Source: an uncultured Planctomycetota bacterium (lineage in GTDB: Bacteria; Planctomycetota; Planctomycetia; Isosphaerales; Isosphaeraceae). Taken from it: 64,000 nt of DNA. Below, piece after piece: positions 53,845 to 64,000 of the stretch. The stretch lies in contig CAWGMQ010000003.1 in the NCBI GenBank assembly GCA_963823665.1, positions 1,312,001 through 1,376,000 on the forward strand, written 5' to 3'. The position numbers and the translations under genes are program-made. The notes beneath the pieces were generated by a model. The model had not been told where the DNA came from and ran no database searches. It saw nothing but the letters and a program-made list of their open reading frames with translations. Every line of letters begins with the position of its first letter. The first letter of the stretch is position 1.

Positions 53845-53967
53845 GGCGGGGTCTGGAGACCCGCGCCGAACACGGAGGTCCCTTCGGAGCGAAGGGTGAC
53901 ACTGGGGCGGGGTCTGGAAACGCGCGCTGAACAAAACCACGCCGGGGTCGGAGACGCACGCCGAACA
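53845..53967. repeat. Three degenerate ~28-bp hairpin-forming intergenic repeats
   Basis: GGCGGGGTCTGGAGACCCGCGCCGAACA (53845), GGCGGGGTCTGGAAACGCGCGCTGAACA (53906), GCCGGGGTCGGAGACGCACGCCGAACA (53941). Confidence 0.75.
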
Positions 53968-54081
53968 GAAGCGGCGACTCTTCCGATTCGTCCGTACGCG
54001 AGAAGAACCGTCGAATCGAGAGCCTGCGCGGGGGTATAATTTGCGTACGCGGATTTCTGTACTTCTGCGGAGCGATTGCCC

Positions 54082-54837
54082 ATGCCGATTCACGACTGGA
54101 CCCGCGTCGATGCGGGGTTGTTTCATGCGTTCCACCAAAACTGGATCGGCGTTCTTGAACGCGCGCTGAACGCGGGCGTCTTGCCGCCCGGTTACTTTGC
54201 CCTCCGCGAGCAATCGACCCGCGGACCAGTCCCGGATGTCTTGACCCTGGAGTTGCCGACTGGAGGCGACGAGCCGACCGGCGCTGGACTGGCGGTGGCC
54301 GTCTCCCCCCCTCGGACACGACTGGTCCGCCGCGCCGAAGATACGATCTATGTGCAAAAAGCCGATCGGATCGCGGTCCGACATCGCCATGGGCGGGTTG
54401 TTGCCATGGTCGAAATCGTCTCGCCCGGGAATAAGGCGAGCAAGAACGAGCTCCGAACGTTCGTCGAAAAGTCCTCGAAATTGATCGCGCAGGGCGTTCA
54501 TCTGCTGGTGATCGACTTGTTCCCGCCCAGCAAGCGCGATCCCCAGGGCATTCACAAGGCCATCTGGGACGAGTTCGTCGAAGAGGACTTTGCGCTGCCC
54601 GCCGATCAGCGATTGACTCTTGCAGCCTACGATGCGGGGCCGCCGCCAGCAGCTTATGTCGAATTCGTTACTGTCGGAGACACGCTTCCCGACATGCCAG
54701 TATTCCTGAAGCCGGAGTTCTACGTTCCGGCACCGCTCGAGGAATCCTATCAGATCACGTGGGACGAGTTTTTTCCCGCACCGATGAAGAGGCTGCTCGA
54801 GGCTCCGGAAAGCACCCCCCCTGGCCCCCCCTTCTAA
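54082..54837 (+). CDS. DUF4058 family protein
   Basis: MPIHDWTRVDAGLFHAFHQ.W; VEIVSPGNK; GVHLLVIDLFPP; TATAAT at 54035-54040 upstream. Confidence 0.85.
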   Translation: MPIHDWTRVDAGLFHAFHQNWIGVLERALNAGVLPPGYFALREQSTRGPVPDVLTLELPTGGDEPTGAGLAVAVSPPRTRLVRRAEDTIYVQKADRIAVRHRHGRVVAMVEIVSPGNKASKNELRTFVEKSSKLIAQGVHLLVIDLFPPSKRDPQGIHKAIWDEFVEEDFALPADQRLTLAAYDAGPPPAAYVEFVTVGDTLPDMPVFLKPEFYVPAPLEESYQITWDEFFPAPMKRLLEAPESTPPGPPF

Positions 54838-54845
54838 AGGGGGGG
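54815..54845. repeat. C-run/G-run hairpin (possible terminator) between convergent genes
   Basis: CCCCCCCTGGCCCCCCCTT-CTA-AAGGGGGGG; the DUF4058 stop lies at the loop. Confidence 0.55.
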
Positions 54846-54918
54846 AAAGGGAATTCGGCCTTCCCACGCCTGGGGCATGCCACGCCATATTGGGATGCGG
54901 TCCTTCGCAAACACGCTC

Positions 54919-55632
54919 TCAGGTCGCCGGCAGCCAGGTCATGAAGTCCTTGCGCTTGAGCGGCTTCGTCATCCAGGAGGTATCCGGCTCGGGAAGTTTC
55001 AAGGCGTCGCGCACGGTTAGCCAGCCTCTTGGCAGCGGCAGATTGCTTTTTGTGCCCTTGCGGGTGATCCACTCGAATCGGCGCCTCTGCTCTGCCGCTT
55101 GCGCGATCTGCATGGCCATGCGCACGTCCTGGGAAACATAGTCGAGCACTTCCTTGTGGCGGCCTTCGGCCCACATCTTCGGGGCCTGGATACCGGACAT
55201 CCCGGCGGGCTTTCCGGGTAAGCCCATGCCTTCTGCTCCCTTGTCCAGAGCAACCGGGTATCCCAGAGCACAAACGATGTGGAACATCATGTCCACATGA
55301 TCAAGAGCGCATCCCTTGCAGACTGCCGGGGCGGCTGACTCTTCGGCGAGAATATCAAAATCGAAGCCGAGGCCGTTCCAGCTCAGGACCGTGAAGCCGT
55401 CTTTTGCCAGCTTGGCCAGGTACTGGACCAATTCCAGTGCGTCGGCCGCGGTCATGCGCGGAGCTGGTGCGCCGGTTTTGGTCTTTCCATGCCACAAGCG
55501 TAGCTCGTTCGAATCACTCGCCAGGGTCGCGGCACACGAGATGCCCAGCGGCCGATGGGGACGCCAGTTGAAATCCTCGCCGGGGACATCCTTGGCGGTT
55601 TCGATGTCAAATGCCAGGAATCGACGTGGCAT
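54919..55632 (-). CDS. RNase H-like/DEDD 3'-5' exonuclease domain protein
   Basis: FLAFDIET (ExoI), SWNGLGFD (ExoII), YVSQDV (ExoIII). Confidence 0.85.
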   Translation of the reverse strand: MPRRFLAFDIETAKDVPGEDFNWRPHRPLGISCAATLASDSNELRLWHGKTKTGAPAPRMTAADALELVQYLAKLAKDGFTVLSWNGLGFDFDILAEESAAPAVCKGCALDHVDMMFHIVCALGYPVALDKGAEGMGLPGKPAGMSGIQAPKMWAEGRHKEVLDYVSQDVRMAMQIAQAAEQRRRFEWITRKGTKSNLPLPRGWLTVRDALKLPEPDTSWMTKPLKRKDFMTWLPAT

Positions 55633-55660
55633 GTGTTGGACTCACTCGCGAGGAGCTGAT

Positions 55661-56542
55661 CTAGGCCATCTTACGCCAATCCGGCAGACCGCGGAGCATC
55701 CTTTTCGTTGCTTTTTCTGGATCGAAGTGCTCGGGGTCGAACGAACCGCCGACCCAGATCAGGTTCTCATCGTGCTCCCGATCGCGAGGGTTGGCGATCG
55801 CCTTGAGAAACTGTCGGTAACCCGAAGCGCCGCCCACATCCTCTGGGGGGCAGGCGCGTTCCCCTTCCACGCAGAGCGGATACTTCTGGCCGGGAGTGGC
55901 CCTCAAGCATCCCTCGAAGAGGATGTCGTGTAGCCATTCGTCGCCAAAGTCGTAGCAATACTGGAAATGAAACCGTTCGCCGCTCGTGGGCACCACCTTG
56001 CTCAAGGTCGTGACCCTGGAGTTGTTGTAACCCAACTTCTCGAGGTCCTCCTCCATGAGCCAGGGATCGCCGTAAGGCTTTTTGTTGATCCGAAAATCAT
56101 GCAAGTGCGAGTTGGTCCAGCCCAGGGAGTTCTGGATGCGGTCGTGGAGCTTGTCGAGGGTGCAGTCGCGCGTCTGGATTCGCCGCCAGATCGGGGGCGA
56201 TATGTACTTGAGAGTGATCTTGAACTGATAGAGCCGCTCTTTGGCAGGGATCTTGCCAATTCCCTGGAAGTTCTGGATGCCGCTCTCGGCGAGATAGGCG
56301 ATGTGCCGCAAGGAGTTTCGCGCTGCTCCTGACTCGGTTCGACCCACGGCAAGGCGTGCGTTCTCAAACATCTCACGCATCTCGACGAGGCTGAAGGACA
56401 CCAGCCGCTGGTTTGCCTCATCCAGCTTCAAGCGGGCGGAGAAATCAGGAAAAAGCTCGGCGACGATCTTTCGCTGGGCCGCCGTCAATCGCAGAGGAAA
56501 CCGCTGCTCAAGTTGTTGCCGGTCTGCCACGGTTGTGTGCAC
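55661..56542 (-). CDS. Plasmid pRiA4b ORF-3-like family protein
   Basis: PPIWRRIQ..TLDKLH..GWTNSHLHDF; YDFGDEW.H; GERACPPEDVGG. Confidence 0.9.
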   Translation of the reverse strand: MHTTVADRQQLEQRFPLRLTAAQRKIVAELFPDFSARLKLDEANQRLVSFSLVEMREMFENARLAVGRTESGAARNSLRHIAYLAESGIQNFQGIGKIPAKERLYQFKITLKYISPPIWRRIQTRDCTLDKLHDRIQNSLGWTNSHLHDFRINKKPYGDPWLMEEDLEKLGYNNSRVTTLSKVVPTSGERFHFQYCYDFGDEWLHDILFEGCLRATPGQKYPLCVEGERACPPEDVGGASGYRQFLKAIANPRDREHDENLIWVGGSFDPEHFDPEKATKRMLRGLPDWRKMA

Positions 56543-56704
56543 CTCGGGGTGTCCAATTTGTGCCGTACCTTGAAGATAAGTGTGTGTAGTCCACCCGACA
56601 AGGTCCGTTCACGAAAGAAAACTGTCGAGACTGTGTGAGGACTGAGCCATGACGGGCCTTAGTATATTGGACATCATCTGGTCATGAGGTGAGGAGCAGC
56701 ACAC

Positions 56705-59656
56705 ATGGCAGGCGTTCATCTCGGGTCCGCACTCGGTCAGATTCACCGGTTATTTGACGAAGGAACACTGGCGGGGCTGCCCGACGCCCGGCTGCTGGAG
56801 CGGTATGCGTCCGAGCGCGACGAGCTGGCATTTGAAACGCTCGTGAAACGCCACGGCCGCATGGTGATGACGGTGTGCCGCGGGGTCGTCGACGACCCCA
56901 ACGACGCGGACGATGCGTTCCAGGCTGCGTTTCTGTTGCTGGCACGCAAAGCCGGTGCGTTGTGGGTCCATGATTCGCTGGGGGGCTGGCTTCATCGCGT
57001 GGCTTGCCGCATCGCGCTTCGACTGAGATCCGACGCTGCTCGCAGGCGCGAAATGGAACGGCGGGGCAGCGAGCGAACGGGCTGGTGGTATTTCGCGGCA
57101 GAGCCCCGCGCCGACATTCACACCGTGCTGCATCAGGAAATCGACCGCCTGCCGGAGCGGTTCCGCAAACCGATCGTGCTGTGCTATCTGGAGGAGATGA
57201 CCTATCAGCAGGCAGCCATCCATCTTCGTTTGAGCGAGGGGACAACCCGCGGCCGGCTGGCGCAAGCGCGCGACATGTTGCGGGCGCGGTTGAGCGAGAG
57301 GGGCATCCCGTGCGCTGGAGCTGGGTTGCCGGTCCTTTCCGGGGCGGCGCGACTCCTGGCGCCGGAGCTGCTCAGCTCGACCGTTCGCGCGGCGCGTCAT
57401 TTCACGCTCGGCAACATGGTGGCTGCAGGAATCGCGCCTGCCACGGCAACCGTGCTCGCCAGGCAAGCGATGCACACAATGATGCTCACCAAGCTCAAGG
57501 CGGCCGGGGCCGGTGTGATTGCGATTGGGTTGTTGACATGGGTCGCCACCGGATCTGCCGCCGTAGGGCCTATGGAAGCGATCGCGACGGAAGCCGGGAA
57601 GACGCCGATCGAACGCGAGACGCCGCCGACAACGGGGGCTGCACGAGGGGCGCGTGTCGAGCAAGCGGACGCTGCCGGCAAGCAAAATCAGTCTCTCCCA
57701 TTTCAAGGAACGGTTCTTGGGCCGGATGGAAAGCCAGTTTCCGGCGCCGTGATTTACACTTTCATGCCCAAGCGCGGAGAGATTCCCAGGGCGGTCTCGC
57801 GAGCCAAAGGGGGTGACGACGGGACATTCCGGTTCGACGTGAGCAAGGCCGAGTTTGATGCCGTCATTGACATCGCGCCGATGGCGACTGTCATGGTGGT
57901 CGCAGCGGCGCCGGGTTTTGGACCAGACTGGGTTGCCGTGCGCAAGCCGCTCCAGGGAGGGCTGTCGCTGCGTCTCGTTGAAGATTCGGTGCCGATCGAG
58001 GGCCGGATCGTCGACCTACAAGGAAAACCCGTCGCGGGCGCCAAGATCTCGCGGGGTTGGATCAAAGCGGAAGGACCTGGCGGCATCGATCCTTATCTGG
58101 CGCTTGTACGGGACGACCCGATGCAGGCTTCGAACCACAACTTCGCCAAGAATTACTGGGATGGCTTCGAGCTGCCGGGCCAGCCGCTATCTGTCGTGAC
58201 GGACGCCGGCGGCCGATTTCGGCTGATCGGAATCGGACGGGACCGGATCGTGTCGATCGGCATCGAGGGGCCGACGATCCAGAGTGCGACGATCGAGGTC
58301 ATGACCCGTCGAGGCGAGAAGGTGTCGTCGCCGCCGGGCGCATTTGCGGGCGAGACCATTTACCCGGCTACGTTTGAACACTTCGTCCCTCCAGGCCGCG
58401 CGCTTTCCGGAATCGTGCGGGACAGAAAAACCAAGATGCCGATCGCCGGCGTCGAGGTCGGCGGGCGAGAAACGAGCGCGCGAACGAAAACCGATGAACA
58501 CGGGCGCTTCGCGCTCGGGGGATTTCCCAAGGGCAAACAGTACGGCCTGATGGTTCTGGCGGGTGAAAAACCCCCGTACTTCGTAACGTGCATGGCGGTG
58601 CCGGACATGGCGGGGCTCGAGCCGATCGAAGCGAACGTCGAGTGCCTGCCGGGAATTCCGATGCGGCTCAAGCTCATCGACAAGGAAACCGGCATGCCTT
58701 TGCGGAATGCCGACGTCTACTATCAGCCGATTTACCCCAATGCCCACTCTCGCGAAGTCTCTGGATACTCCCCCGTCATGGGTAGCGGCCCTTACAGCTC
58801 GGGAGTTGTTCAGGAAGATGGCTCTTATCTGCTCGGCGTCTTGCCGGGCCCGGGGGCTGTCTTTGTACGCACGCCACCAGGATTGTTTCGGCCGGCTTGC
58901 GTCGACCCGAAGAAGTTCTTCAAGGTACACGATTCGCCGGATCCCAAGAAGGAGCGCTCGCCGCGTTATGGCGACACGGACACGATCAACACAGCCGTCG
59001 GCGAGGGGTGGGCCGGAATACCGCAGTCGCAGTTCAGCGGCATCGCGCTCGTCGACCCGGCAGAGGATTCGGGTCCGATCACGGCGGAGCTTGCTCTCGA
59101 GCGCGATTCGAAGCGCGAAGTGCGCGTGGTTGGTCCGGATGGGGACGTGCTCAGGGACGTTGTGGCGGAAGGGAGCGGTGCCGAATCGAACCCGATTTCA
59201 GGTGTTGTCACCGTGTCGCAGCTCAATCCCCTTCGCCCTCAGCGATTCACATTTCACCAGGATTCCAAGAAACTTGCCGGCTTCTTGATTGCCAGAGGCG
59301 ACGAGCCCGAGCCATACGTCGTCAAGCTCCAGCCGTGGGGAACAATCACGGGCCGACTTGTCGATGCCGAGGGAAAACCACGCCCGAGAGTCGACTTGAT
59401 GACGAGAGATTGGGGAGCCGCGCTGCTCAACCCGGCGCGTGGGGTGATTCATTACGGCCAGAAGACGGACAAAGACGGCCGATTTCGCTATGAGCGACTC
59501 ATGCCCGGCCAGGAGTATTCGGCAGTCGCGGTCGGTGAACAAGCAGCGAAAGGGGGATTCGGCGTGGTGATCGACCGCGTCGTGCTCAAGCCCGGCGAGA
59601 CCAAAGATCTGGGTGCTGTGCAGTCGCGCATGGATAAGCCGGAGATGAAGCCTTGA
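56705..59656 (+). CDS. ECF sigma factor with long C-terminal extension (TM + carboxypeptidase-regulatory-like repeats)
   Basis: AFETLVKRHG..DADDAFQAAFLLLAR; GTTRGRLAQAR; GRIVDLQGKPVAGA and TD..GRF repeats. Confidence 0.92.
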   Translation: MAGVHLGSALGQIHRLFDEGTLAGLPDARLLERYASERDELAFETLVKRHGRMVMTVCRGVVDDPNDADDAFQAAFLLLARKAGALWVHDSLGGWLHRVACRIALRLRSDAARRREMERRGSERTGWWYFAAEPRADIHTVLHQEIDRLPERFRKPIVLCYLEEMTYQQAAIHLRLSEGTTRGRLAQARDMLRARLSERGIPCAGAGLPVLSGAARLLAPELLSSTVRAARHFTLGNMVAAGIAPATATVLARQAMHTMMLTKLKAAGAGVIAIGLLTWVATGSAAVGPMEAIATEAGKTPIERETPPTTGAARGARVEQADAAGKQNQSLPFQGTVLGPDGKPVSGAVIYTFMPKRGEIPRAVSRAKGGDDGTFRFDVSKAEFDAVIDIAPMATVMVVAAAPGFGPDWVAVRKPLQGGLSLRLVEDSVPIEGRIVDLQGKPVAGAKISRGWIKAEGPGGIDPYLALVRDDPMQASNHNFAKNYWDGFELPGQPLSVVTDAGGRFRLIGIGRDRIVSIGIEGPTIQSATIEVMTRRGEKVSSPPGAFAGETIYPATFEHFVPPGRALSGIVRDRKTKMPIAGVEVGGRETSARTKTDEHGRFALGGFPKGKQYGLMVLAGEKPPYFVTCMAVPDMAGLEPIEANVECLPGIPMRLKLIDKETGMPLRNADVYYQPIYPNAHSREVSGYSPVMGSGPYSSGVVQEDGSYLLGVLPGPGAVFVRTPPGLFRPACVDPKKFFKVHDSPDPKKERSPRYGDTDTINTAVGEGWAGIPQSQFSGIALVDPAEDSGPITAELALERDSKREVRVVGPDGDVLRDVVAEGSGAESNPISGVVTVSQLNPLRPQRFTFHQDSKKLAGFLIARGDEPEPYVVKLQPWGTITGRLVDAEGKPRPRVDLMTRDWGAALLNPARGVIHYGQKTDKDGRFRYERLMPGQEYSAVAVGEQAAKGGFGVVIDRVVLKPGETKDLGAVQSRMDKPEMKP

Positions 59657-61027
59657 AACGTCACACAGAGGATCCATGGGCGGTCTACCATCCGACCCCC
59701 GAAGCTCCGTGGAACTGCCGACGGGTTGTGCATCTCCACCGCCGGGCGGGTTTTGCCGCCTCGTGGCCGGAGATTCAGCGTGACCTGAAAGACGGCCCCG
59801 CGGCCAGTATCAGCCGAATTTTCGAAGGAAAGGTGCGGGCACCGTTGGTGGCCGAGCGTTTTGGGGAGGTGAGCGCCGCACTCGCGGACGCGGCGATCAG
59901 TGCGGATGATCCTGAACGCCTGAAGGCCTGGTGGGTTTTTCGCATGCTGTGCGGGCCGGACCCACTCGGTGAACGGCTGACGTTGATGTGGCACGATCAC
60001 TTCGCAACCAGCAACCAGAAGGTCAACGACCTGCCGGCGATGCGGCGCCAGAACGAGATGTTTCGATCGCTGGCCCGAGCGCCGTTCGGCGACCTGCTGG
60101 GCGCCGCGGTCCACGACCCGGCGCTCCTGGCGTGGCTCGATGCTCCGGCCAACCGCAAGGGACATCCCAACGAGAATCTTGCGAGAGAGCTGATGGAGCT
60201 TCTCTGCGCTCGGCATCGGCAATTACACCGAAGTCGACGTGAAGGAGGCTGCCCGCGCCTTGACGGGATGGACCGTCGCCGACGGTGTATTTCAAGAGGC
60301 GAGCGAACTGCACGACGCAGGCGAGAAGACCATATTCGGCCGGAAGGCCCGCTGGACCGGGTCCGACTTGATCAAGGCCCTGGTCGAAATGCCGGCGACC
60401 TCGTTGCGGCTGGCGCGGCGGCTCTGCGGGCTCTTTTTTGGCGAATCGGGACCTGACGAAACCGCGGTGCGATCCCTGGCCGCCTTGCTGCGCGAGCACC
60501 GGCTGGACGTCGGCTGGGGCGTCGCCACGATCTTGAGGTCGGGTGCGTTCTTCGCCGATGTGAACATGGGTACGCGAGTGCTCAGCCCGGTCGAATATAT
60601 GGTCGGCGCCACCATCGCGCTGGGACGCACGAACGAGCCGCCGTCGACGCTGGTGCTGGCCGACTGGATGGCGCGGCTGGGTCAGGACCTCTTCTATCCA
60701 CCCAACGTGGGTGGCTGGCCCGCGGGCCGGTCGTGGCTCTCGTCGCGGTCGCTGATCGGGCGCACCAACTTCGCGTCGGCTCTGGTTGAGGGGTTGCCCG
60801 TCGGGCTCCCCGCGCCGATTGACGCTGGCGAACTGGCCGGGCAGCAAGGCAAGCCGTGCGATTTCGTTCAGGTGATTCAGGCTGCAGCGGCACTGTTTTT
60901 CGGTACCGAGCCTGAGCCAAACTGGCGTGACCGGATCGCACGGGCATGCGAGGCGGACCGCAATTCGGGCGGCTTCCGCCGGGCCGTCGCCCTCGTGCTT
61001 GCATCTCCGGAAGCACAACTGGGATAG
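59653..61027 (+). CDS. DUF1800 family protein (frameshift near 60205)
   Basis: HLHRRAGF; ERLTLMWHDHFATS; PNENLARELMEL; YTEVDVKEAARALTGW; PPNVGGW. Confidence 0.9.
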
Positions 61028-61051
61028 GACTTCTTACAAAGGACGAATCGA

Positions 61052-62263
61052 ATGCACTCACGACGCCGATTCCTGGCGACCGGATTGGGCAGCGTACCGA
61101 TCATTTCGCTCGCGCCGGAGGTTCCCGGATTCCTGGCACAGACGGCGCGGGCCGGCGTTCCGCAGAAGGACGGGCGTGTGCTGGTGGTCGTTCAGCTCGA
61201 CGGCGGGAACGACGGAATCAATACGGTCGTGCCATTTGGAGACGAAGGGTACGCAAAGTACCGCCGGGAATTGAGGCTTCCAACGGACCGGGTCTTGAAG
61301 GTCACGGAAGGCGTCGGGCTGCACCCGGCGATGCGGGGAGCTGCAAAACTCCTGGAGACCGGGCGGCTGGCGGTCGTGCAGGGCGTCGGCTATCCCAACC
61401 CTGACCGTTCGCATTTTGCCAGCATGGCGATCTGGCAGACGGCGCGGCTCGATCGATTGGAGAATGGGGGCCTCGGCTGGCTGGGACGGGGGCTCGATGT
61501 CGATTCGGCCCCGGCCGGTCAATCCGGAGCGGTTTACGTCGGTGCGGGCTCGCCTCCAGTCTCGCTGCGCGGGCGGCGCTCGGCGACAACGGCCCTTGAG
61601 CGACTCGATGACTTGAGACTGGACCCGGTTGTGATGAACCAGGGGAACGCGCAGCAGGAACGCGCGGGAGAAGACGACCTCAAGGCGTTCGTTCGCCGAT
61701 CGGCGCTGGATGCCTACACTACTGCGGATCGGATGGCTGAACTGGCACGGTCGAGCAAACAGGATGGCGTCTATCCAAATACGGCACTGGCGCAGAAGCT
61801 GGCGCTCGTCGCGCAACTTTTGAAGGGCGGGTTTGCTGCGAGAGTCTACTACACGGCACAGTCCGGATATGACACGCATGCGGGACAAGCGCCGACGCAT
61901 GCCTCACTTCTTTCCGAGCTCTCGGGGGCTCTGCTGGCATTTCTCGACGATCTGAGTGCGGCCAGGCTGGCCGATCGAGTGAGCGTTTTGTGCTTCAGCG
62001 AATTCGGCAGGCGGGTGGCGGAGAACGGCTCGGCCGGCACGGATCACGGCACGGCGGCGCCGGTGTTTCTGGCCGGGCCGGCCGTCAAGAGCGGGCTGGT
62101 GGGGGCGACCCCGAGCCTGTCGGATCTGGAGGACGGTGATATCAAGATGGCGATTGATTTTCGCCGTGTGTATGCTTCGGTGCTCGAGGCGTGGCTGGGA
62201 GTGCCTTCGCGGGCTGCGCTGGGTGGTGAGTTTGAGCCGCTCTCGCTCTTTAGTGGGGCATGA
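61052..62263 (+). CDS. DUF1501 family protein (Tat-like N-terminus)
   Basis: SRRRFL; LDGGNDGINTVVP; VGYPNPDRSHF; YDTH; SEFGRRVAENGS.GTDHG. Confidence 0.92.
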   Translation: MHSRRRFLATGLGSVPIISLAPEVPGFLAQTARAGVPQKDGRVLVVVQLDGGNDGINTVVPFGDEGYAKYRRELRLPTDRVLKVTEGVGLHPAMRGAAKLLETGRLAVVQGVGYPNPDRSHFASMAIWQTARLDRLENGGLGWLGRGLDVDSAPAGQSGAVYVGAGSPPVSLRGRRSATTALERLDDLRLDPVVMNQGNAQQERAGEDDLKAFVRRSALDAYTTADRMAELARSSKQDGVYPNTALAQKLALVAQLLKGGFAARVYYTAQSGYDTHAGQAPTHASLLSELSGALLAFLDDLSAARLADRVSVLCFSEFGRRVAENGSAGTDHGTAAPVFLAGPAVKSGLVGATPSLSDLEDGDIKMAIDFRRVYASVLEAWLGVPSRAALGGEFEPLSLFSGA

Positions 62264-62303
62264 TTGCGAACCGTCGAATGTTGTCGACAGCGAGTGGACA
62301 GAA

Positions 62304-62327
62304 CGGTCCGCAGTGGCGGACCCTACG
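62304..62327. repeat. GTAG-type REP palindrome
   Basis: Minus strand GTAGGGTCCGCCACTGCGGACCG, with stem GGTCCGC/GCGGACC. Confidence 0.65.
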
Positions 62328-62526
62328 AGGAGCAGCCGATGCGGGCGGCTCGTGTGGATGGGAGCCGGACGCACTTTGATGTGCGCTTTTCGGCGTCGAG
62401 TCAGAACGGTCCGCGATCGACGACGATCCTGGTGCTGTGCTGGCCCCGGGTCTGGTAGAATGCATGCGCAGCGACGACGACTGATTGGTCAACGAACAAG
62501 CGTCTGGAAGCAGAAGGAGCGCTAAA

Positions 62527-63348
62527 ATGTCGACGGTCCCACGCCAGCGACGAAAGCGCGAAGTCGAATATCCGAGCGGAGATGGAAAGCCCATGGCCGA
62601 GACCGAGCTCCATCTCACGGACATGATCGAAACCATTCAGGGGCTCTGGGATCACTTTGCAGGTCGTCCGACTGTTTATGTCTGCGGCAATCTCTTGCTC
62701 TACTATGAAGAGGGCAACCCCCGGAAGCATGTCTCCCCTGACGTGCTCGTGGCCCTCAACGTGCCCAGAGAGCCGCCTCGCGACTACTACCTCGTTTGGA
62801 AGGAGGGGAAAGCCCCCGACTTCGTGATCGAGATCACATCCAAGTCGACCAAGCGGGAAGACAAGAATAAGAAGTTCGTGATCTATCGCGATATTCTGAA
62901 GGTGTCCGAGCTCTTTTTGTTCGATCCGACGGAAGACTATCTGCATCCCCCGCTCCAAGGATTTCGGCTGGTCAGCGGTGAGTATCTTCCGATCGAGTCA
63001 ATCGCCGGCCGCTTGCCCAGCCAGGTTGTGGGTCTCCATCTGGAGCGTGACGGCGCAAAGCTTCGCCTGTTCGATCCGGCGACGGGAACGCGAATACCAA
63101 CCAGGCTCGAGGCGCGCGAAGCGGCCGAGCATCTCGCTGAAGACGCACGCCGTCTCGCTGAAGACGCACGCCGTCTCGCTGAAGACGCACACCGTCTCGC
63201 CGAATACGAACGACGGCAAGCCGACGCGGAACGACGCCGTGCCGAGGACGAACGCCTGCGAGCCGAGAATGCGGAGGCAGCCCAGCAGCGACTTGTCGAG
63301 GAAAATGAGCGCCTTCGGCGGGAGATCGAGGCCCTGCGCCGCGAGTGA
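62527..63348 (+). CDS. Uma2 family protein with C-terminal coiled coil
   Basis: YPSGDGKPMAET; SPDV; PDFVIEITSKST; LFDP; A/E/R-rich tail. Confidence 0.9.
   Translation: MSTVPRQRRKREVEYPSGDGKPMAETELHLTDMIETIQGLWDHFAGRPTVYVCGNLLLYYEEGNPRKHVSPDVLVALNVPREPPRDYYLVWKEGKAPDFVIEITSKSTKREDKNKKFVIYRDILKVSELFLFDPTEDYLHPPLQGFRLVSGEYLPIESIAGRLPSQVVGLHLERDGAKLRLFDPATGTRIPTRLEAREAAEHLAEDARRLAEDARRLAEDAHRLAEYERRQADAERRRAEDERLRAENAEAAQQRLVEENERLRREIEALRRE
63133..63195 (+). repeat. 21-bp tandem repeat x3 encoding LAEDA(R/H)R heptads
   Basis: ctcgctgaagacgcacgccgt twice, then ctcgctgaagacgcacaccgt. Confidence 0.9.
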
Positions 63349-63555
63349 AGGACGCTTTGCGCGGGCATGCCGCAGATGACCTGGCGCTGGTGCAGCGTGC
63401 GTCGCGATCGAGGAACGTGCCGTGCTCGTCTCCTTGACAAAACCCAGCGGGGATGCGACGTTTGATTTACGTTCAACAACGAACGCAACCCGCCTGCTGG
63501 GTCTCCCGCCGCCTTCAAAAAGCCAGGAAAAGGGAACTCATTTCCCGCCCCATCG

Positions 63556-64000
63556 ATGTTCCGAAAACCTAGATTCGCAGCGGTTTGCGCGTTTCTCATC
63601 ACCGGTTTGCTGCTGGGAGCTGGCCGCGACGCACTGGGTGCTCAGCCGCAGATCAACAATGTCAGCCCATCCGGCGTTCGCCGCGGTCATGCAAGCGAGC
63701 TGACCTTCAGCGGCGCTAGTCTCGCGGGGAGCCCACGACTGATCGCTCCGTTTGGTTTCAAGCTCGAGTCGCCGGCTCCCAAAGGCGACGCGTCGAGCTG
63801 GAAGCTGGCGCTCAATGTCGACGCGAGCACACCCGTGGGGATCTATCCGGTCCGAATCCAGACCGATGACGGGATCTCGAATCCGTTCTTGCTCGCAATC
63901 GGCCAACTGCCGCAGATCGTGGAAAAGGAAGACAACAGCACGTTCGAGACTGCCCAGAAGATCCCCGATCCGCCGCTGGTGGTGGAAGGACAGGTGGGGG
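63556..64000 (+). CDS. Exported PPC-domain/pre-peptidase-type protein, 5' part; runs off window
   Basis: My translation: MFRKPRFAAVCAFLITGLLL..AQPQINNVSPSGVRRG...RIQTDDGISNP..VEKEDNSTFETAQ. Confidence 0.75.
   Translation, partial: MFRKPRFAAVCAFLITGLLLGAGRDALGAQPQINNVSPSGVRRGHASELTFSGASLAGSPRLIAPFGFKLESPAPKGDASSWKLALNVDASTPVGIYPVRIQTDDGISNPFLLAIGQLPQIVEKEDNSTFETAQKIPDPPLVVEGQVG

Noticed and set aside
53845..53967. Mini CRISPR array
   Set aside because: Only three degenerate copies, with spacers of 33 and 7 bp and no cas genes; better explained as REP-like hairpins.
55661..56542. Plasmid or transposon inferred from the pRiA4b ORF-3-like gene
   Set aside because: No transposase, terminal repeats or replication genes; the family also occurs on chromosomes.

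Overview
High-GC bacterial chromosomal segment. The gene content points to Planctomycetota, probably Isosphaeraceae-like (inference): a DUF1559 prepilin-like gene, RR..(L)E.R.LL N-terminal leaders, ECF sigma factor/Ser-Thr kinase pairs, DUF1800-DUF1501, DUF4058 and several Uma2 genes. The left part (1-28.8 kb) is mostly housekeeping and accessory genes: an Rrf2/YezD locus, a divergently split heavy-metal RND efflux system, an extended ECF sigma, lpxB, two apparently catalytically dead regulators, a CocE/NonD hydrolase, SDR, pduO, a TolB-like gene, tandem DinB genes, an AT-richer HEPN + BolA-like pair and a molybdopterin oxidoreductase. The centre (28.8-53.8 kb) holds two tandem modules of DUF433 antitoxin, ECF sigma, Ser/Thr kinase and a giant secreted repeat protein (2306 and 2241 aa), mixed with toxin-antitoxin remnants. 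The two giant proteins have different passenger regions, share Big_3 domains and an N-terminal leader, and end in an identically spaced C-terminal motif (VL-x11-L[VI]xDLA[LF]EQVS..T.R[KR]). That motif is a candidate undescribed sorting signal and is the main finding. The right part has DUF4058, an exonuclease, a pRiA4b ORF-3-like gene, an extended ECF with DUF1800-DUF1501, Uma2 and a PPC-domain gene. About a dozen single-base frameshifts in otherwise intact genes, including lpxB, look like read or assembly errors. No rRNA, tRNA, CRISPR array, integrase or transposase was recognised. All family calls come from motif recognition by eye; no database search was run.
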